Source: a virus
DNA: 46,566 nt
Direction: 5' to 3' (one strand)
IMG/VR virus record: IMGVR_UViG_3300011445_000031
Location: 1-46,566 of that record
The notes below the pieces were generated by a model. The model was not told the origin of the DNA and searched no databases. It worked only from the letters and a program-made list of their open reading frames with translations. Below, piece by piece: positions 27,304 through 37,017 of this stretch. How positions within the stretch are numbered: the first letter of the stretch is position 1; every line of letters begins with the position of its first letter. The position numbers and the translations under genes are program-made.

Positions 27304-27517
27304 GCGGTATTACTCCTTTGCGACATTGTTCTAATTGGTCTTTTAAATTTTCTATGCGGTGTTCTAAGACCATTTCACGCGTTTTTGCGAGATTAGTAAA
27401 TAGCGTTGTTATACTTAATCTTTGCTTTTCAAATTCAGAGAAAATCCTATTTATGACAAATCCAAAACCTAATTGGATTATACCAACCATAAGTAGAATT
27501 AACTGTTGTGTGTCCAT
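27290..27517 (-). CDS. Small membrane protein with coiled-coil tail (i-spanin- or holin-like)
   Basis: An N-terminal TM segment (LILLMVGIIQLGFGFVI) is followed by a charged helix. The ORF overlaps the lysin start by 14 nt. Confidence 0.4.
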   Translation of the reverse strand: MDTQQLILLMVGIIQLGFGFVINRIFSEFEKQRLSITTLFTNLAKTREMVLEHRIENLKDQLEQCRKGVIPHETV

Positions 27518-27526
27518 CTTGTTGCA

Positions 27527-27787
27527 TTATACAATTGCTTCCATGTCTGCTTTAAGAACAAGAAGATTATCTCTTCTTTTTGTCAATAACAAAATTCCTT
27601 CATCAATTTCTTTAAGCTGTGATTCAATTGATTCAAAATTAAAAGTTAGAATCTCAGGTGTAACTTCAACAGCAGTATCCGGATCGTATTTCTTTGCAAT
27701 AAGTTGAAAGAAATTTTTAGCCAGTTTTTGTAACTGGACAGTTTCTTTTTCTTTCTTCTCTGCATAAACGCTCATTTCCATATACAA
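27527..27787 (-). CDS. Hypothetical coiled-coil protein (86 aa)
   Basis: ORF in the late operon, rich in K/E. Confidence 0.5.
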   Translation of the reverse strand: MYMEMSVYAEKKEKETVQLQKLAKNFFQLIAKKYDPDTAVEVTPEILTFNFESIESQLKEIDEGILLLTKRRDNLLVLKADMEAIV

Positions 27788-27790
27788 CTC

Positions 27791-28156
27791 CTAATTAATG
27801 TAGATAGTCAATTCACCAAACCATTCAATTGTTCGTCCAACAACACCTGTTGCTCTAAGTTCTAGATTACTTCCATTTATTCCAAAAGTAGCCGATGCAG
27901 TAACAAGAGACGCATCAGCTTGTGGTGCTATAGAATCAAGAACAGAACCAACAAGTGATTTAACTCCTGCAACATCTTTACCACCTGTAAACTTTTGCGC
28001 CGCTACAATAGCTCCACTGGTTGTATCTCTACCAATTAATCTACCAGCAGCAAAAAAGGCACAACCAGTTGGTATTGGTGTTAGAGCCATTACTTCTGTT
28101 GCAGCACCAACAGTTGATACTGCACCAGCTACTCTATGGATTATCTTCGCAGCCAT
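27791..28156 (-). CDS. Hypothetical virion-module protein (121 aa)
   Basis: ORF overlapping the upstream fibre gene by 1 nt (28156). Composition is A/G/T-rich. Confidence 0.55.
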   Translation of the reverse strand: MAAKIIHRVAGAVSTVGAATEVMALTPIPTGCAFFAAGRLIGRDTTSGAIVAAQKFTGGKDVAGVKSLVGSVLDSIAPQADASLVTASATFGINGSNLELRATGVVGRTIEWFGELTIYIN

Positions 28157-29448
28157 TATGCAGGCCCAAATGTTGTTACTGTTCCACCACTACCACGCCA
28201 TTTACCAGCACCGGCATCAGAATAAAGAATACCACCAGCAGTCGGATTAGTAGATGGATTTGTTGTTGCATTTGGTATTGAAACAACGCCTAAACCTAAA
28301 CCAACACCTGCGCCAGAATTAAGAAGAATATTTTTACTAAACGGATTAAGTTGTAATGAACCGCCAGATGTAGATATTATACCAGCAGAACCGTTATTTG
28401 TTACTGTTGTATAATCTGGCCCAGTTGTACTACCATATACACGTAAGGACTGATTCGTTGTACTATCCTTAAGAGCCAGGACAGCAGCAGCGTCTCTTAC
28501 TAAAATAACATCGGCTGTACCATCAAACGTAGATGTAAAACCAAAGGTAGAATTGCACTTAATCAATCCAGCAATAGAATTATCTGCTGTTCCATCTAGG
28601 TATAAGTTATGTCTACCTGATGCTGCTGCAATACGACCTCTATATCCACGAATGTTCGTTCCTACTGTCTGCGTATTTGTATCAAATAACGTATTAGTTG
28701 TAACTGTTGCACCACCACTATTTGCTGTTACGGCATTAAGTGTACCGTATAGATTTGAAACTGTACATGCAGCATTAAAATTCGCTGCTGGGTATACACC
28801 AATTACGTCAGTAAGTGTCGCAGCGCCCTCAAATAGTATTTGCGGGTTAACAGCAGCAGAAAAAGATACTGTACCAGTTCCACCACTTGTATTATGTACA
28901 GAACCAAATATACCGCGTAATTGTGCAAGTGAACTACTGGATTCTTGAGTTGCGCGAAAAATAAGTGCCGTAACTACCATACTAGATGCACTAACAGCTT
29001 GATTTCTGTGAAAAGCACCGGCAACTGCTGTAATATCAAAATCTGTTGTGGTATTTATTTTGTTAATCTGTAAACCATAGAAACTTGTTACAAGTGCAGT
29101 ACCTGCATTTATTGTAATCTCATCAGCATCAGAACTACCCAGTGTTACATTGTTATCAACAACCAAATTTCCTGTTAGTGTTAAATCCGCAAATGTTGGA
29201 CTAGCACCAGTATGAATATTCTGTGGCGTAGATAATGTAACTGTCCCATCGCCATCATTTGCAACACTTATCTGATTACTTGTTCCAGCAATCCAGCTTG
29301 CAAGATTACCAACACTTGTAAGTGCGCCTAGACCATCACTAGCTACAAGGCGACTTGGCGTTAATGTACCAGTTATATTACCTACTTGCGCTAATACAAA
29401 AGCCTTAGTAGCAGCTTGCTGTGTTATGAACTGTGGCGTATGAAACAT
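28156..29448 (-). CDS. Tail fibre-like protein (430 aa)
   Basis: G/T/S/N/A-rich beta-type composition with repeated short motifs (GTLTPS, GNLASW, TLTGNL). It lies downstream of the head genes. Confidence 0.5.
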   Translation of the reverse strand: MFHTPQFITQQAATKAFVLAQVGNITGTLTPSRLVASDGLGALTSVGNLASWIAGTSNQISVANDGDGTVTLSTPQNIHTGASPTFADLTLTGNLVVDNNVTLGSSDADEITINAGTALVTSFYGLQINKINTTTDFDITAVAGAFHRNQAVSASSMVVTALIFRATQESSSSLAQLRGIFGSVHNTSGGTGTVSFSAAVNPQILFEGAATLTDVIGVYPAANFNAACTVSNLYGTLNAVTANSGGATVTTNTLFDTNTQTVGTNIRGYRGRIAAASGRHNLYLDGTADNSIAGLIKCNSTFGFTSTFDGTADVILVRDAAAVLALKDSTTNQSLRVYGSTTGPDYTTVTNNGSAGIISTSGGSLQLNPFSKNILLNSGAGVGLGLGVVSIPNATTNPSTNPTAGGILYSDAGAGKWRGSGGTVTTFGPA

Positions 29449-29462
29449 TGTTATCTATAAAC

Positions 29463-30053
29463 CTATGCACTAACTGCTGTTCCACCATCTTCAAAATCTT
29501 GCTTGGCTACATCAAGTAGTGTTATCGCACGTGCTTCACATGTACGCATGTCATTATCTGCATCACCAATGCTTTGGAAGATTTCTGCACATGCCTTATT
29601 GAATACATACATTGGAATAATATCAAGCATCCAATGTGTATCCGCATCATCTTCAAGAAGCTCAGGATACTGAAAGAATCCGTATTCAAGTGTTGGACTT
29701 AGCGTTTGCAATTTGAATACAATGTTATTTCCAGCACGATACCATCTTTCAAGTTGTTCAACACCACAGGCATCAAATATCTTAAGCGGATCAGCTTGTT
29801 TTAGAAACTTTGTTGCACCAGTGCGCTTAAGATATTTGATTCTACGGAATCTAGGAAAGTTAACACTAATAGATAAGCTTTGTGCATATTCTGTTGCTGT
29901 GATATTCACTGTACCTTCTAATAAGTCTTGCATAAAAGATGCACCCAGTGAAGCGAATGATATGGCATTATTTATCGCGTCAACAACTTCTGTGCGCTTG
30001 TCAGGGCGCTTTGTGCGAGTAATAACCTTATCAACCATTTCACTGAGTTGCAT
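29463..30053 (-). CDS. Putative head-tail adaptor / tubular-A-like protein (196 aa)
   Basis: Its size and its position after the capsid gene resemble podoviral adaptor proteins. No diagnostic motif was found. Confidence 0.3.
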   Translation of the reverse strand: MQLSEMVDKVITRTKRPDKRTEVVDAINNAISFASLGASFMQDLLEGTVNITATEYAQSLSISVNFPRFRRIKYLKRTGATKFLKQADPLKIFDACGVEQLERWYRAGNNIVFKLQTLSPTLEYGFFQYPELLEDDADTHWMLDIIPMYVFNKACAEIFQSIGDADNDMRTCEARAITLLDVAKQDFEDGGTAVSA

Positions 30054-30076
30054 GTTTAGCCTTTTGTGTTAGACAA

Positions 30077-30400
30077 TTACTTTAGACTTGTACCTTGTAT
30101 TTTCTGTTCTTCTGTTATCTCATTGACAAGTGCACCATAGTGGCGCTTTATGAAATCAGCAAGAACAACATCGTCTGTTTCCAGGTAGTTACCTTTAAAC
30201 GCGTATCGTTTCTCACCCATAAAGAAACCAAGATTTGGTTTATCAGAATGAAAATAAATACGTCCAGGAACAGTTGCAGGTTTATCTTTTACTATTGGAA
30301 GTTTTAGTTCTGATACATTGCTTTTAGATGGGACAACAGAAGAAGGGACTTTCGTCCCCTCTCCTTTCTTCTTAATTAAATCACTAAGGTCAATTGCCAT
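30077..30400 (-). CDS. Hypothetical head-module protein (107 aa)
   Basis: ORF immediately downstream of the major capsid gene. Confidence 0.5.
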   Translation of the reverse strand: MAIDLSDLIKKKGEGTKVPSSVVPSKSNVSELKLPIVKDKPATVPGRIYFHSDKPNLGFFMGEKRYAFKGNYLETDDVVLADFIKRHYGALVNEITEEQKIQGTSLK

Positions 30401-30417
30401 TGTATTACCTTTCAGTA

Positions 30418-31641
30418 TTACGCGTCAGCAACACCAGTTTGTAGACTGTAGATGATAGCGCATCCTTGCGGATTGATGAGTTCAACAGCAAACTCAGTAG
30501 TAAGAGAACCACCATCAGCATCTACACCGTTTGCATTATTACGTCCAGCACCACCATAATCCTCAGCACGTGTATCACGACCTTCCATATATGCAAGCTT
30601 CAAAGCAGGCATATCTATAATCATTGCCAAACCAGCCATGGAAGGAATACCGTTAAGGATAGGATGTTCAATCATGTAGATGGTACCTTTGTAGAACACA
30701 AACTTAGTAAAATGCAAGCCAAAGGTTGTTTGTCCATCTTGAATGAACACTTGTCCACTCTTTCGTGCAAGGTCATTTATTACTTTGATTGCCGTAGAAC
30801 CACCAAACAACGTGCGTGACTTTGGATCACCAATATCTGCACTGTATTGGAAAGCAGGTTCAACTAGTGTTACAAATTGGCTGAAGGATGTAGTAGTCGC
30901 AGCAGTATTGGTGTTATTCGGCGCATATTGTTCTACTGCGTCGATAATACCTTGCGTAGCGTGCAATGGCTGAGAACCAGTAGTATCCATCTTCGGTTGT
31001 CCAAAGATAATGGCACTTTCCATATTTACGCTATGCAATAAGGAACAATCACGGCGACTTTCTGCGATATTACCTACACCCATCTCAACATAAGATGCGC
31101 GAGCTGTATCTGTAACTGCCCAAGCATCTCTGAAGATTTGCGTATAGTTAGGAACGTGAATCATTGTAAGACCACGCTCAGTCGGACGCGCTGAACCTTC
31201 TTCAAACGCATTACCAATTACTACAAGTGTTGCACCGTTGGCAATTGTTCCTGCAGCTACACGACCAAATGCACGCGTTACTGTTAGTGTAACACCATCA
31301 GGAACAGCAGTAACACGCAAGTTTTCACGTGTAGTAGGATTGTGAAGCACCATCTTTGGAAGAATACCAGTAGTATCTGTAACAACTAAGGATGTAGCAG
31401 ATACACCATAACCAGCCGGAGAAGATGCTTGGTTAATTACAACACTTGAAAATAGAAGAGTCTTAGAGAAATAACCGTGTGCAGAAGCTTTTGCTAAGCT
31501 ACGTCCTGTTTGGCTTGTAAGCGCGAAAATTGGTGCTGAACCATTAGGAAACAAACGTAGAATATGACTAGCAAAACTTCTCTTATTGAGTTCTACAGGG
31601 TTATCTGCGTTCGTATTGAATACACCAGTATAAAAAGCCAT
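30418..31641 (-). CDS. Major capsid protein
   Basis: 407-aa ORF directly after the scaffold gene, with a strong SD (TAAGGAG). Size and order match the usual portal-scaffold-capsid arrangement. Confidence 0.75.
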   Translation of the reverse strand: MAFYTGVFNTNADNPVELNKRSFASHILRLFPNGSAPIFALTSQTGRSLAKASAHGYFSKTLLFSSVVINQASSPAGYGVSATSLVVTDTTGILPKMVLHNPTTRENLRVTAVPDGVTLTVTRAFGRVAAGTIANGATLVVIGNAFEEGSARPTERGLTMIHVPNYTQIFRDAWAVTDTARASYVEMGVGNIAESRRDCSLLHSVNMESAIIFGQPKMDTTGSQPLHATQGIIDAVEQYAPNNTNTAATTTSFSQFVTLVEPAFQYSADIGDPKSRTLFGGSTAIKVINDLARKSGQVFIQDGQTTFGLHFTKFVFYKGTIYMIEHPILNGIPSMAGLAMIIDMPALKLAYMEGRDTRAEDYGGAGRNNANGVDADGGSLTTEFAVELINPQGCAIIYSLQTGVADA

Positions 31642-31677
31642 GATTTAAAACTCCTTACAGGTTTAGTTTATACCTGC

Positions 31678-32523
31678 CTATTCAGCAGGTTTCTCGCCTT
31701 TTCCCCAGTTATCCCAATCAAAATCAGTTCCACCAGGTTTCTTAGCCTGTTGTTGCTTATCTTGCGCTGGGTCAGAAGGGAACATGGCACCATTTAAGTC
31801 TTTGATAAAATCTAAAGCTTTATCTTTAATCCAATCGGGTGATGCATCTGGATATTGTTGTGAAAGTCTTTTTCCAATCATTGTTAATGTCTCACGTACG
31901 ATTGGATGTTTCTGTGCGGCTTCATGTGAAGCTATACCTGTAAGGGCCATGTGTTCTCTTATACTACGCCCAAGCCCTTTCTGAGCGAATGTATCTTTTA
32001 CTTTGTGATACTTATCAGCAAGTGCTGTTCCATGTGTAACTGATGTTGCGTAAGATCTACGACCAATATGATTAAGAATCTTACCAACAAGTTGTGCATT
32101 ATCACCAAAAGCTGCTGACATTCCTTCTTGTAAATCTTCAGGTAAACCAGATAGAAAGTCTAGATTCTCTGCTGTATCATTTATAAGCTTTCCATCAAGT
32201 TTAAAATCTGGCGGAGTTTCCGCTGAATTATCCACATCTTGCCATAGTTTTTCATATGCAGCAAACGGCGTTTGGCGATTCTCAGGATTGTTTGCGTCCT
32301 GATGTTGCTGATTATTTTGATTGTTACCTTGTTGTTGATTATTACCTTGCTGATTATTTTGTTGCTGATTTCCTTGTCTACCTTGTTGGTTATTACCTTG
32401 TTGATTTCCTTGCTGATTACCTTGTTGATTATCGTGCGTACCACGATTACCTTGCTGTTGCGTATTTCCACGCACGTATTCCATTGCTCTACTCATGAAG
32501 TTTTGGTTAGCTTGCTGGGCCAT
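31678..32523 (-). CDS. Scaffolding protein with N-terminal Q/N/G-rich low-complexity tract
   Basis: It lies between the portal and capsid genes. It has a helical charged C-terminal part and a (QQGN)n-like tract at aa ~20-75. Confidence 0.65.
   Translation of the reverse strand: MAQQANQNFMSRAMEYVRGNTQQQGNRGTHDNQQGNQQGNQQGNNQQGRQGNQQQNNQQGNNQQQGNNQNNQQHQDANNPENRQTPFAAYEKLWQDVDNSAETPPDFKLDGKLINDTAENLDFLSGLPEDLQEGMSAAFGDNAQLVGKILNHIGRRSYATSVTHGTALADKYHKVKDTFAQKGLGRSIREHMALTGIASHEAAQKHPIVRETLTMIGKRLSQQYPDASPDWIKDKALDFIKDLNGAMFPSDPAQDKQQQAKKPGGTDFDWDNWGKGEKPAE
32299..32466. repeat. Degenerate in-frame tandem repeat encoding the QQGN-type tract
   Basis: Reiterated ttaccttgttgatt / ttgctgatt units on the + strand translate on the - strand to NQQGNQQGNQQGNNQQGRQGNQQQNNQQGNNQQQGNN. 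Confidence 0.8.
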
Positions 32524-32797
32524 CTGACTTCTCCTTATGTGTGAAGTTAAGTAATGTGTTAGCCATGTGCATTATCCCTTTTTGATAGGCTAATTCTAAA
32601 AGGAGTTTTACATTGCCATTTAAGTCTGACAACTTATCATATGGATAAGCCGCCTGTTCAAAAATGGCGGTCATACCCATAATACGCAGATATTTAACAA
32701 TAACTGGGTTCTGTAACAGTTTCGCAAGTTCTTGTTCTTCTGTTTCCGTAAGTTTACCAATTACGTCTGTTAGATCATTCTCTTTATACTGCGCCAC
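32507..32797 (-). CDS. Hypothetical head-assembly-module protein (96 aa)
   Basis: GTG at 32797 is preceded by AGGAGG (caAGGAGGcaacaGTG). It overlaps the portal 3' end by 14 nt. The track start at 32887 would overlap the portal gene by 104 nt. Confidence 0.5.
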   Translation of the reverse strand: MAQYKENDLTDVIGKLTETEEQELAKLLQNPVIVKYLRIMGMTAIFEQAAYPYDKLSDLNGNVKLLLELAYQKGIMHMANTLLNFTHKEKSDGPAS

Positions 32798-34703
32798 TGT
32801 TGCCTCCTTGTTCTGCTTGTTGTGCAAGTTGTAGATTTGCTTGTGCTTCAGCTTCATCTGGTGTGTAATCTTCAAGACCTTGAACACCTTGTAGCTGCAT
32901 CAAGTGTGCAAACATAGGAGCAAGTTTAGGCCCATACACAGCTTGTAGGACTGGGCTATTACCAATCATTACAAGACCATTAGCTATTGCATTTGTAGCT
33001 GCAATCTTACTTACAGGCAGATAACCGTCAGCAACCTTAAAGTAAAGCACCTTTTTACGTAGAGCACTTATTTCTGCTTCAGATACTTCAATAGGTTCAT
33101 TCTTTTTCAAGTCCTGGAAGATACCAGTTGGCCCATATTGGTAGATATGGAGTTTTAACTGGTCTTTAAGCGGGCACATCACTTGATATTCAAGACTCAT
33201 AGGTTGCAAACGTAGCCGATTATCAGAACCGGCCATTGTATCATTCCATTCCTGCACAGACTTATTACCTTTTTGGAATTCACCTTGTTGTGGCTTATTA
33301 AGTCCTGTTTGTTGTCCGCTCATTCCAATAACAATCTGCGCATCTTGTATTACACCAATTGTACCTTTGTCATCATATGGAATAGACCTATAAGCTTCTT
33401 CAAGACCTTTACCACCAAGACGACTGTTAGGTTTAAGCGGAAGTTTAGCGGGCGGATGCGGATTATTCACATCATCCGGATCAATCATCTTAGGATCATA
33501 TACTGCACGGTCATTAACAGCTCTACGTGCAGAAGCTATACGGATGTTAATAAGTTTAGATACAAGGTCTTGATATCCTATCTGCATTTCTGCTGTAGAT
33601 TGTGTCTGTTCAGCAAAGCCATCTTCAAATGGTTGACCTACATAGATAGGAAGTATATCATATGCACTGATTATACGTTGCGCACATATGAGTTTATCGT
33701 TATTTACAACTTGAAGCTTATAAATACACGGAATATCCTTATTTTGATTATAAATAAAGTGTTCTTCTGGAATAATACGTGCGTATAAGGTACAAATCTC
33801 ATACATTCCACGCATACTACGCCCACCGCGCTCAGGTTTAGCGTTCATCCATGCTCCCCAGTCAAAATCATAGAGAGCACTGAATTGTCTAGCTTGTATC
33901 AAGGATGAAATCTGTGGACGTTGTCTATAATAGGTTCCGCGCGCATCTTGTAGCGGATTAACTGTACCACCAATAGCTGTATGAAGTGCTTGCGTCGTAT
34001 TATAGCCAAATTCGGTGCTTGCCAGGTATTGTAAATAGCGAATAAGACGAATACGACCATATAAACTTAGATGTCCTGCGAATTCTCCATGTACAGGAAC
34101 ATCTGCGGGTTCTTCTACACGTGGATCAAGTATGGTATTATATGCGTCCACACAAGTAATACGTGAATAGTGTTCTGTAGCTTTTGTTACTGCTGCTGGG
34201 TCAAGTGGTTTTGCATAATTTTCAACAACGCTATAACGCTCAATTGGTGCCCAATCAACTTCAAGTGCACCAATGTTATATTTTACACAGTTACGGAAGA
34301 ACTTTAGAAATTGTCTTGGATAACCACCCAGGATTGCATGTGTATCTATGATACTTTGTAATGTTGCAGCCTCAGCTTTATCTTTTGGCCCAGAAGCAAC
34401 AGGAAACATTGGATAACCAGAACAATATATATCTGCAAGATACGCTACGAGACTATCTACTTGTGCTACAACAATGGGCGCGACCATCGTATCTAATGAT
34501 CCACAAGGAAAATTAGCTGCACGACTATCATCTACGCCACTTTCTGTTTGACATTCAGCTTGATAACGCGCATATGCAATATCAATAGCTACTTGCTTGT
34601 TAAAAAGGTCAGTTCGGCCCTGATAACCTTGTAACGCATAGCGTACATAGTCAACAAGACTCTTTTGACTCTTTTCAGATAAGCGTGTTATAGATGTAGC
34701 CAT
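32784..34703 (-). CDS. Portal protein
   Basis: 639-aa ORF immediately downstream of the large terminase and upstream of the scaffold and capsid genes. Confidence 0.8.
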   Translation of the reverse strand: MATSITRLSEKSQKSLVDYVRYALQGYQGRTDLFNKQVAIDIAYARYQAECQTESGVDDSRAANFPCGSLDTMVAPIVVAQVDSLVAYLADIYCSGYPMFPVASGPKDKAEAATLQSIIDTHAILGGYPRQFLKFFRNCVKYNIGALEVDWAPIERYSVVENYAKPLDPAAVTKATEHYSRITCVDAYNTILDPRVEEPADVPVHGEFAGHLSLYGRIRLIRYLQYLASTEFGYNTTQALHTAIGGTVNPLQDARGTYYRQRPQISSLIQARQFSALYDFDWGAWMNAKPERGGRSMRGMYEICTLYARIIPEEHFIYNQNKDIPCIYKLQVVNNDKLICAQRIISAYDILPIYVGQPFEDGFAEQTQSTAEMQIGYQDLVSKLINIRIASARRAVNDRAVYDPKMIDPDDVNNPHPPAKLPLKPNSRLGGKGLEEAYRSIPYDDKGTIGVIQDAQIVIGMSGQQTGLNKPQQGEFQKGNKSVQEWNDTMAGSDNRLRLQPMSLEYQVMCPLKDQLKLHIYQYGPTGIFQDLKKNEPIEVSEAEISALRKKVLYFKVADGYLPVSKIAATNAIANGLVMIGNSPVLQAVYGPKLAPMFAHLMQLQGVQGLEDYTPDEAEAQANLQLAQQAEQGGNSGAV

Positions 34704-34736
34704 TGTGTGGTTCCTGTTTTGATAGGTTGTGAAGCG

Positions 34737-36227
34737 TTAAAATGCAGTATTGTTTGTTCGGACGCCAATACGACCTTTCTTAGGATTAATCTCTTTCATA
34801 GTCATTAGAATTTGATCCCAATATTCAGCTCGTACATCTAGAATATATGCACCATCATCAAGCCAATCGTCTTTATTATCCTTCTTATCTACTTTATATG
34901 CTAACGCTTGCCATAAAATCTTGTTTCTTATTGCACCATATACGTGACAAGTACCAGCAAGAATCTCTTTTATCCATGCAATGATACGAAATAGTTTCTT
35001 TCGACCTGCTGGAGATAATTCTACAACTTGTATATGCGGTAAGTTTTGATCTGCAATGTATTTCTCAAGCCAAAACTTAAGTGTTTGTTGATAAGCTGTT
35101 GTTTCAACACCGATAATACTAAGATTATAGTGTATACAGTATTCAAGTGCCTGTATAATTACCTTTTCCGGGTCAACTACACCACCCATTCCATCAGCAA
35201 ATACTGTATTACTATCGTCCATTACTAAATGTACACCTACGATATTCTCATCTGATAAGACACGATAACCTGCTGGATCAATTATTACACAACCACCAAT
35301 AGCTCTTTCTTCTATATCTGTTTCTGTATAAGGACATGCAGGTAGGAGACCATCTGGAAGTAGAGATGTCTTTTGTTCAATTGGGTCATTCATCATCTCT
35401 GCAAACCACACATGACCCTGGCCAAGAGATACGTCATTCTTAAAACTATCAAATAGAGCATCTACAGGATGCAATTCAGGCCATAATGAAGAACCATCAG
35501 CTAATATACAACCTGTGATAAGAGAAATCCAACTCTTGCTATCACGCAAGGAAGCCAACATACAAGTACCAGCGTACATATTACCTACGTAGATTATAAG
35601 TGCTCCTTGTGGGTCAATCAGCTTTAAGAATGTACCAGCAAAGCGAGTATAAAATGCTTTACTCTCTGTATCTGAGGCCGCGCCCTCTGGTGTTTGAGCA
35701 TCATCAAAGAATAGAATATCAGGACGTTCATTCTTAATGTTAAGTCCACGAACATTACTATTAAAACCAACAGCTACAAGTACACGTGGCTTGTTCCTAT
35801 ATAGACAAGTTTTCTGTTCCTTGTTATTTATGGCTTTATTAATAGTCCATTTACCATAAACTTTCTCCATATTGGGAGAACCAAGGATCTCATCTATATC
35901 ATTCAGTAGATTGTAAGCTAAAGGCTCATCTGCACAGACTACAAGAGCAAAATTCGCGTAATCATAACAAATGAACCAACAGATAAGTATCTTTATGAAC
36001 GTTGTTTTAGCAAAGCCGCGCGGAAGTCCTAATGCAAAGCGTAATACTCTAGCTCTTTCCTGTTTTGTGCGCGCCGCAACAAGCATTTGCCATATATAAA
36101 GATACCATATTGGAAACGGATAATCTAATATAAGTGGTAATGCAAGCCTTGAGAAGAAATCAAAATCATGATGCCCACGTTTGAATGCATCAAGTTGATC
36201 AATTTGTTCAGTTACTATTTCGGGCAC
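34737..36227 (-). CDS. terL: Terminase large subunit
   Basis: Walker A-like segment LGLPRGFAKTTF and Walker B-like PDILFFDDAQ. Nuclease-domain acidic motifs are CVIIDPAG and IGVETTAYQ. Size and position fit. Confidence 0.85.
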   Translation of the reverse strand: MPEIVTEQIDQLDAFKRGHHDFDFFSRLALPLILDYPFPIWYLYIWQMLVAARTKQERARVLRFALGLPRGFAKTTFIKILICWFICYDYANFALVVCADEPLAYNLLNDIDEILGSPNMEKVYGKWTINKAINNKEQKTCLYRNKPRVLVAVGFNSNVRGLNIKNERPDILFFDDAQTPEGAASDTESKAFYTRFAGTFLKLIDPQGALIIYVGNMYAGTCMLASLRDSKSWISLITGCILADGSSLWPELHPVDALFDSFKNDVSLGQGHVWFAEMMNDPIEQKTSLLPDGLLPACPYTETDIEERAIGGCVIIDPAGYRVLSDENIVGVHLVMDDSNTVFADGMGGVVDPEKVIIQALEYCIHYNLSIIGVETTAYQQTLKFWLEKYIADQNLPHIQVVELSPAGRKKLFRIIAWIKEILAGTCHVYGAIRNKILWQALAYKVDKKDNKDDWLDDGAYILDVRAEYWDQILMTMKEINPKKGRIGVRTNNTAF

Positions 36228-36272
36228 GGTTTAACAAGCTTGTACAATCTACGTACAGCTTCCTTTAATGGT

Positions 36273-36830
36273 TCAAGAGGCGGCGCCGGAGGCTTTTTCA
36301 CTGGCAAGTTCTTCAAGAGTAATTGATTCATGATTGTTTAATACCTTTTCAGCTTCAATAAGTTTTTCGAACATACCTTTAACGGCACGTGCTGGCATTG
36401 GAACCATTGTTCTATCACCAATAGATACGACTCTATTTCCATCATCAGTAATAACTTTAGGCTGAAGTTGTTGTGGAAAGATAAGAGTTAATCCTACAGT
36501 AGGGTTATTATAGTGTCCGGCGGGCAATTGTGTTGCTTTATTTGCATTCTTAATTCGTGCAACAGCTTCAAGTATCCTGGTAAGATCATCAACATCAAGT
36601 TCATTATTAACTTGAATATTAAGTTGCTTAAGCGTGTTTTCTTCTAACTGGTCATATTTAGTTGCTAAGCGCGTAGCAATATGCTCCTTCATTTTCTCAC
36701 GAAGGCGCTCTTTAAACTGTTCATTCTCTTTAAGTAGCTCACTGATATAAGCTTCACTACAACCACACATAGATGCTACTTGTACCGCTTTATATCCTTG
36801 AGCTAATAGGTCTGCAATTTGTTCTAGCAC
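36273..36830 (-). CDS. terS: Terminase small subunit (N-terminal HTH)
   Basis: First gene of the late operon, with a GTG start. The N-terminal segment GYKAVQVASMCGCSEAYISELL is HTH-like. Confidence 0.6.
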   Translation of the reverse strand: MLEQIADLLAQGYKAVQVASMCGCSEAYISELLKENEQFKERLREKMKEHIATRLATKYDQLEENTLKQLNIQVNNELDVDDLTRILEAVARIKNANKATQLPAGHYNNPTVGLTLIFPQQLQPKVITDDGNRVVSIGDRTMVPMPARAVKGMFEKLIEAEKVLNNHESITLEELASEKASGAAS

Positions 36831-36861
36831 TGTGGTATCCTATACTTGTGACCATGTTACT

Positions 36862-36890
36862 ATACTACAGGCCGCCGCCTTTACTGTCAA
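36862..36890 (-). promoter_or_regulatory. Sigma70-type promoter for the late (structural) operon
   Basis: On the - strand: TTGACA (36890-36885), a 17-nt spacer, then TAGTAT (36867-36862). This is ~30 nt upstream of the terS start. Confidence 0.55.
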
Positions 36891-37017
36891 CTTGTGTTCC
36901 TGTATTCGGTTATTGCACTTGTCTATATCTATTATAAAGAGAATACTTGTGGCATAGCTTAAAAACTTAGGAAATTTTTACATTGTGCCATTGAGTATAG
37001 CGCGCCCCGGTAGAATC

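Noticed and set aside
32181-32544. Three overlapping ORFs (96, 80 and 90 aa) across the scaffold Q/N tract
   Set aside because: They are artefacts of the tandem repeat, which stays open in several frames. The scaffold frame is the only one continuous with a full-length protein and an RBS.
33273-33788. 171-aa + ORF inside the portal gene
   Set aside because: It is antisense to a 639-aa ORF in canonical position and has no RBS.
36891-37017. Second TATAAT-containing site (- strand, around 36930) as an additional late promoter
   Set aside because: There is no acceptable -35 hexamer or TG extension at the right spacing, so it is probably a chance AT-rich hexamer.
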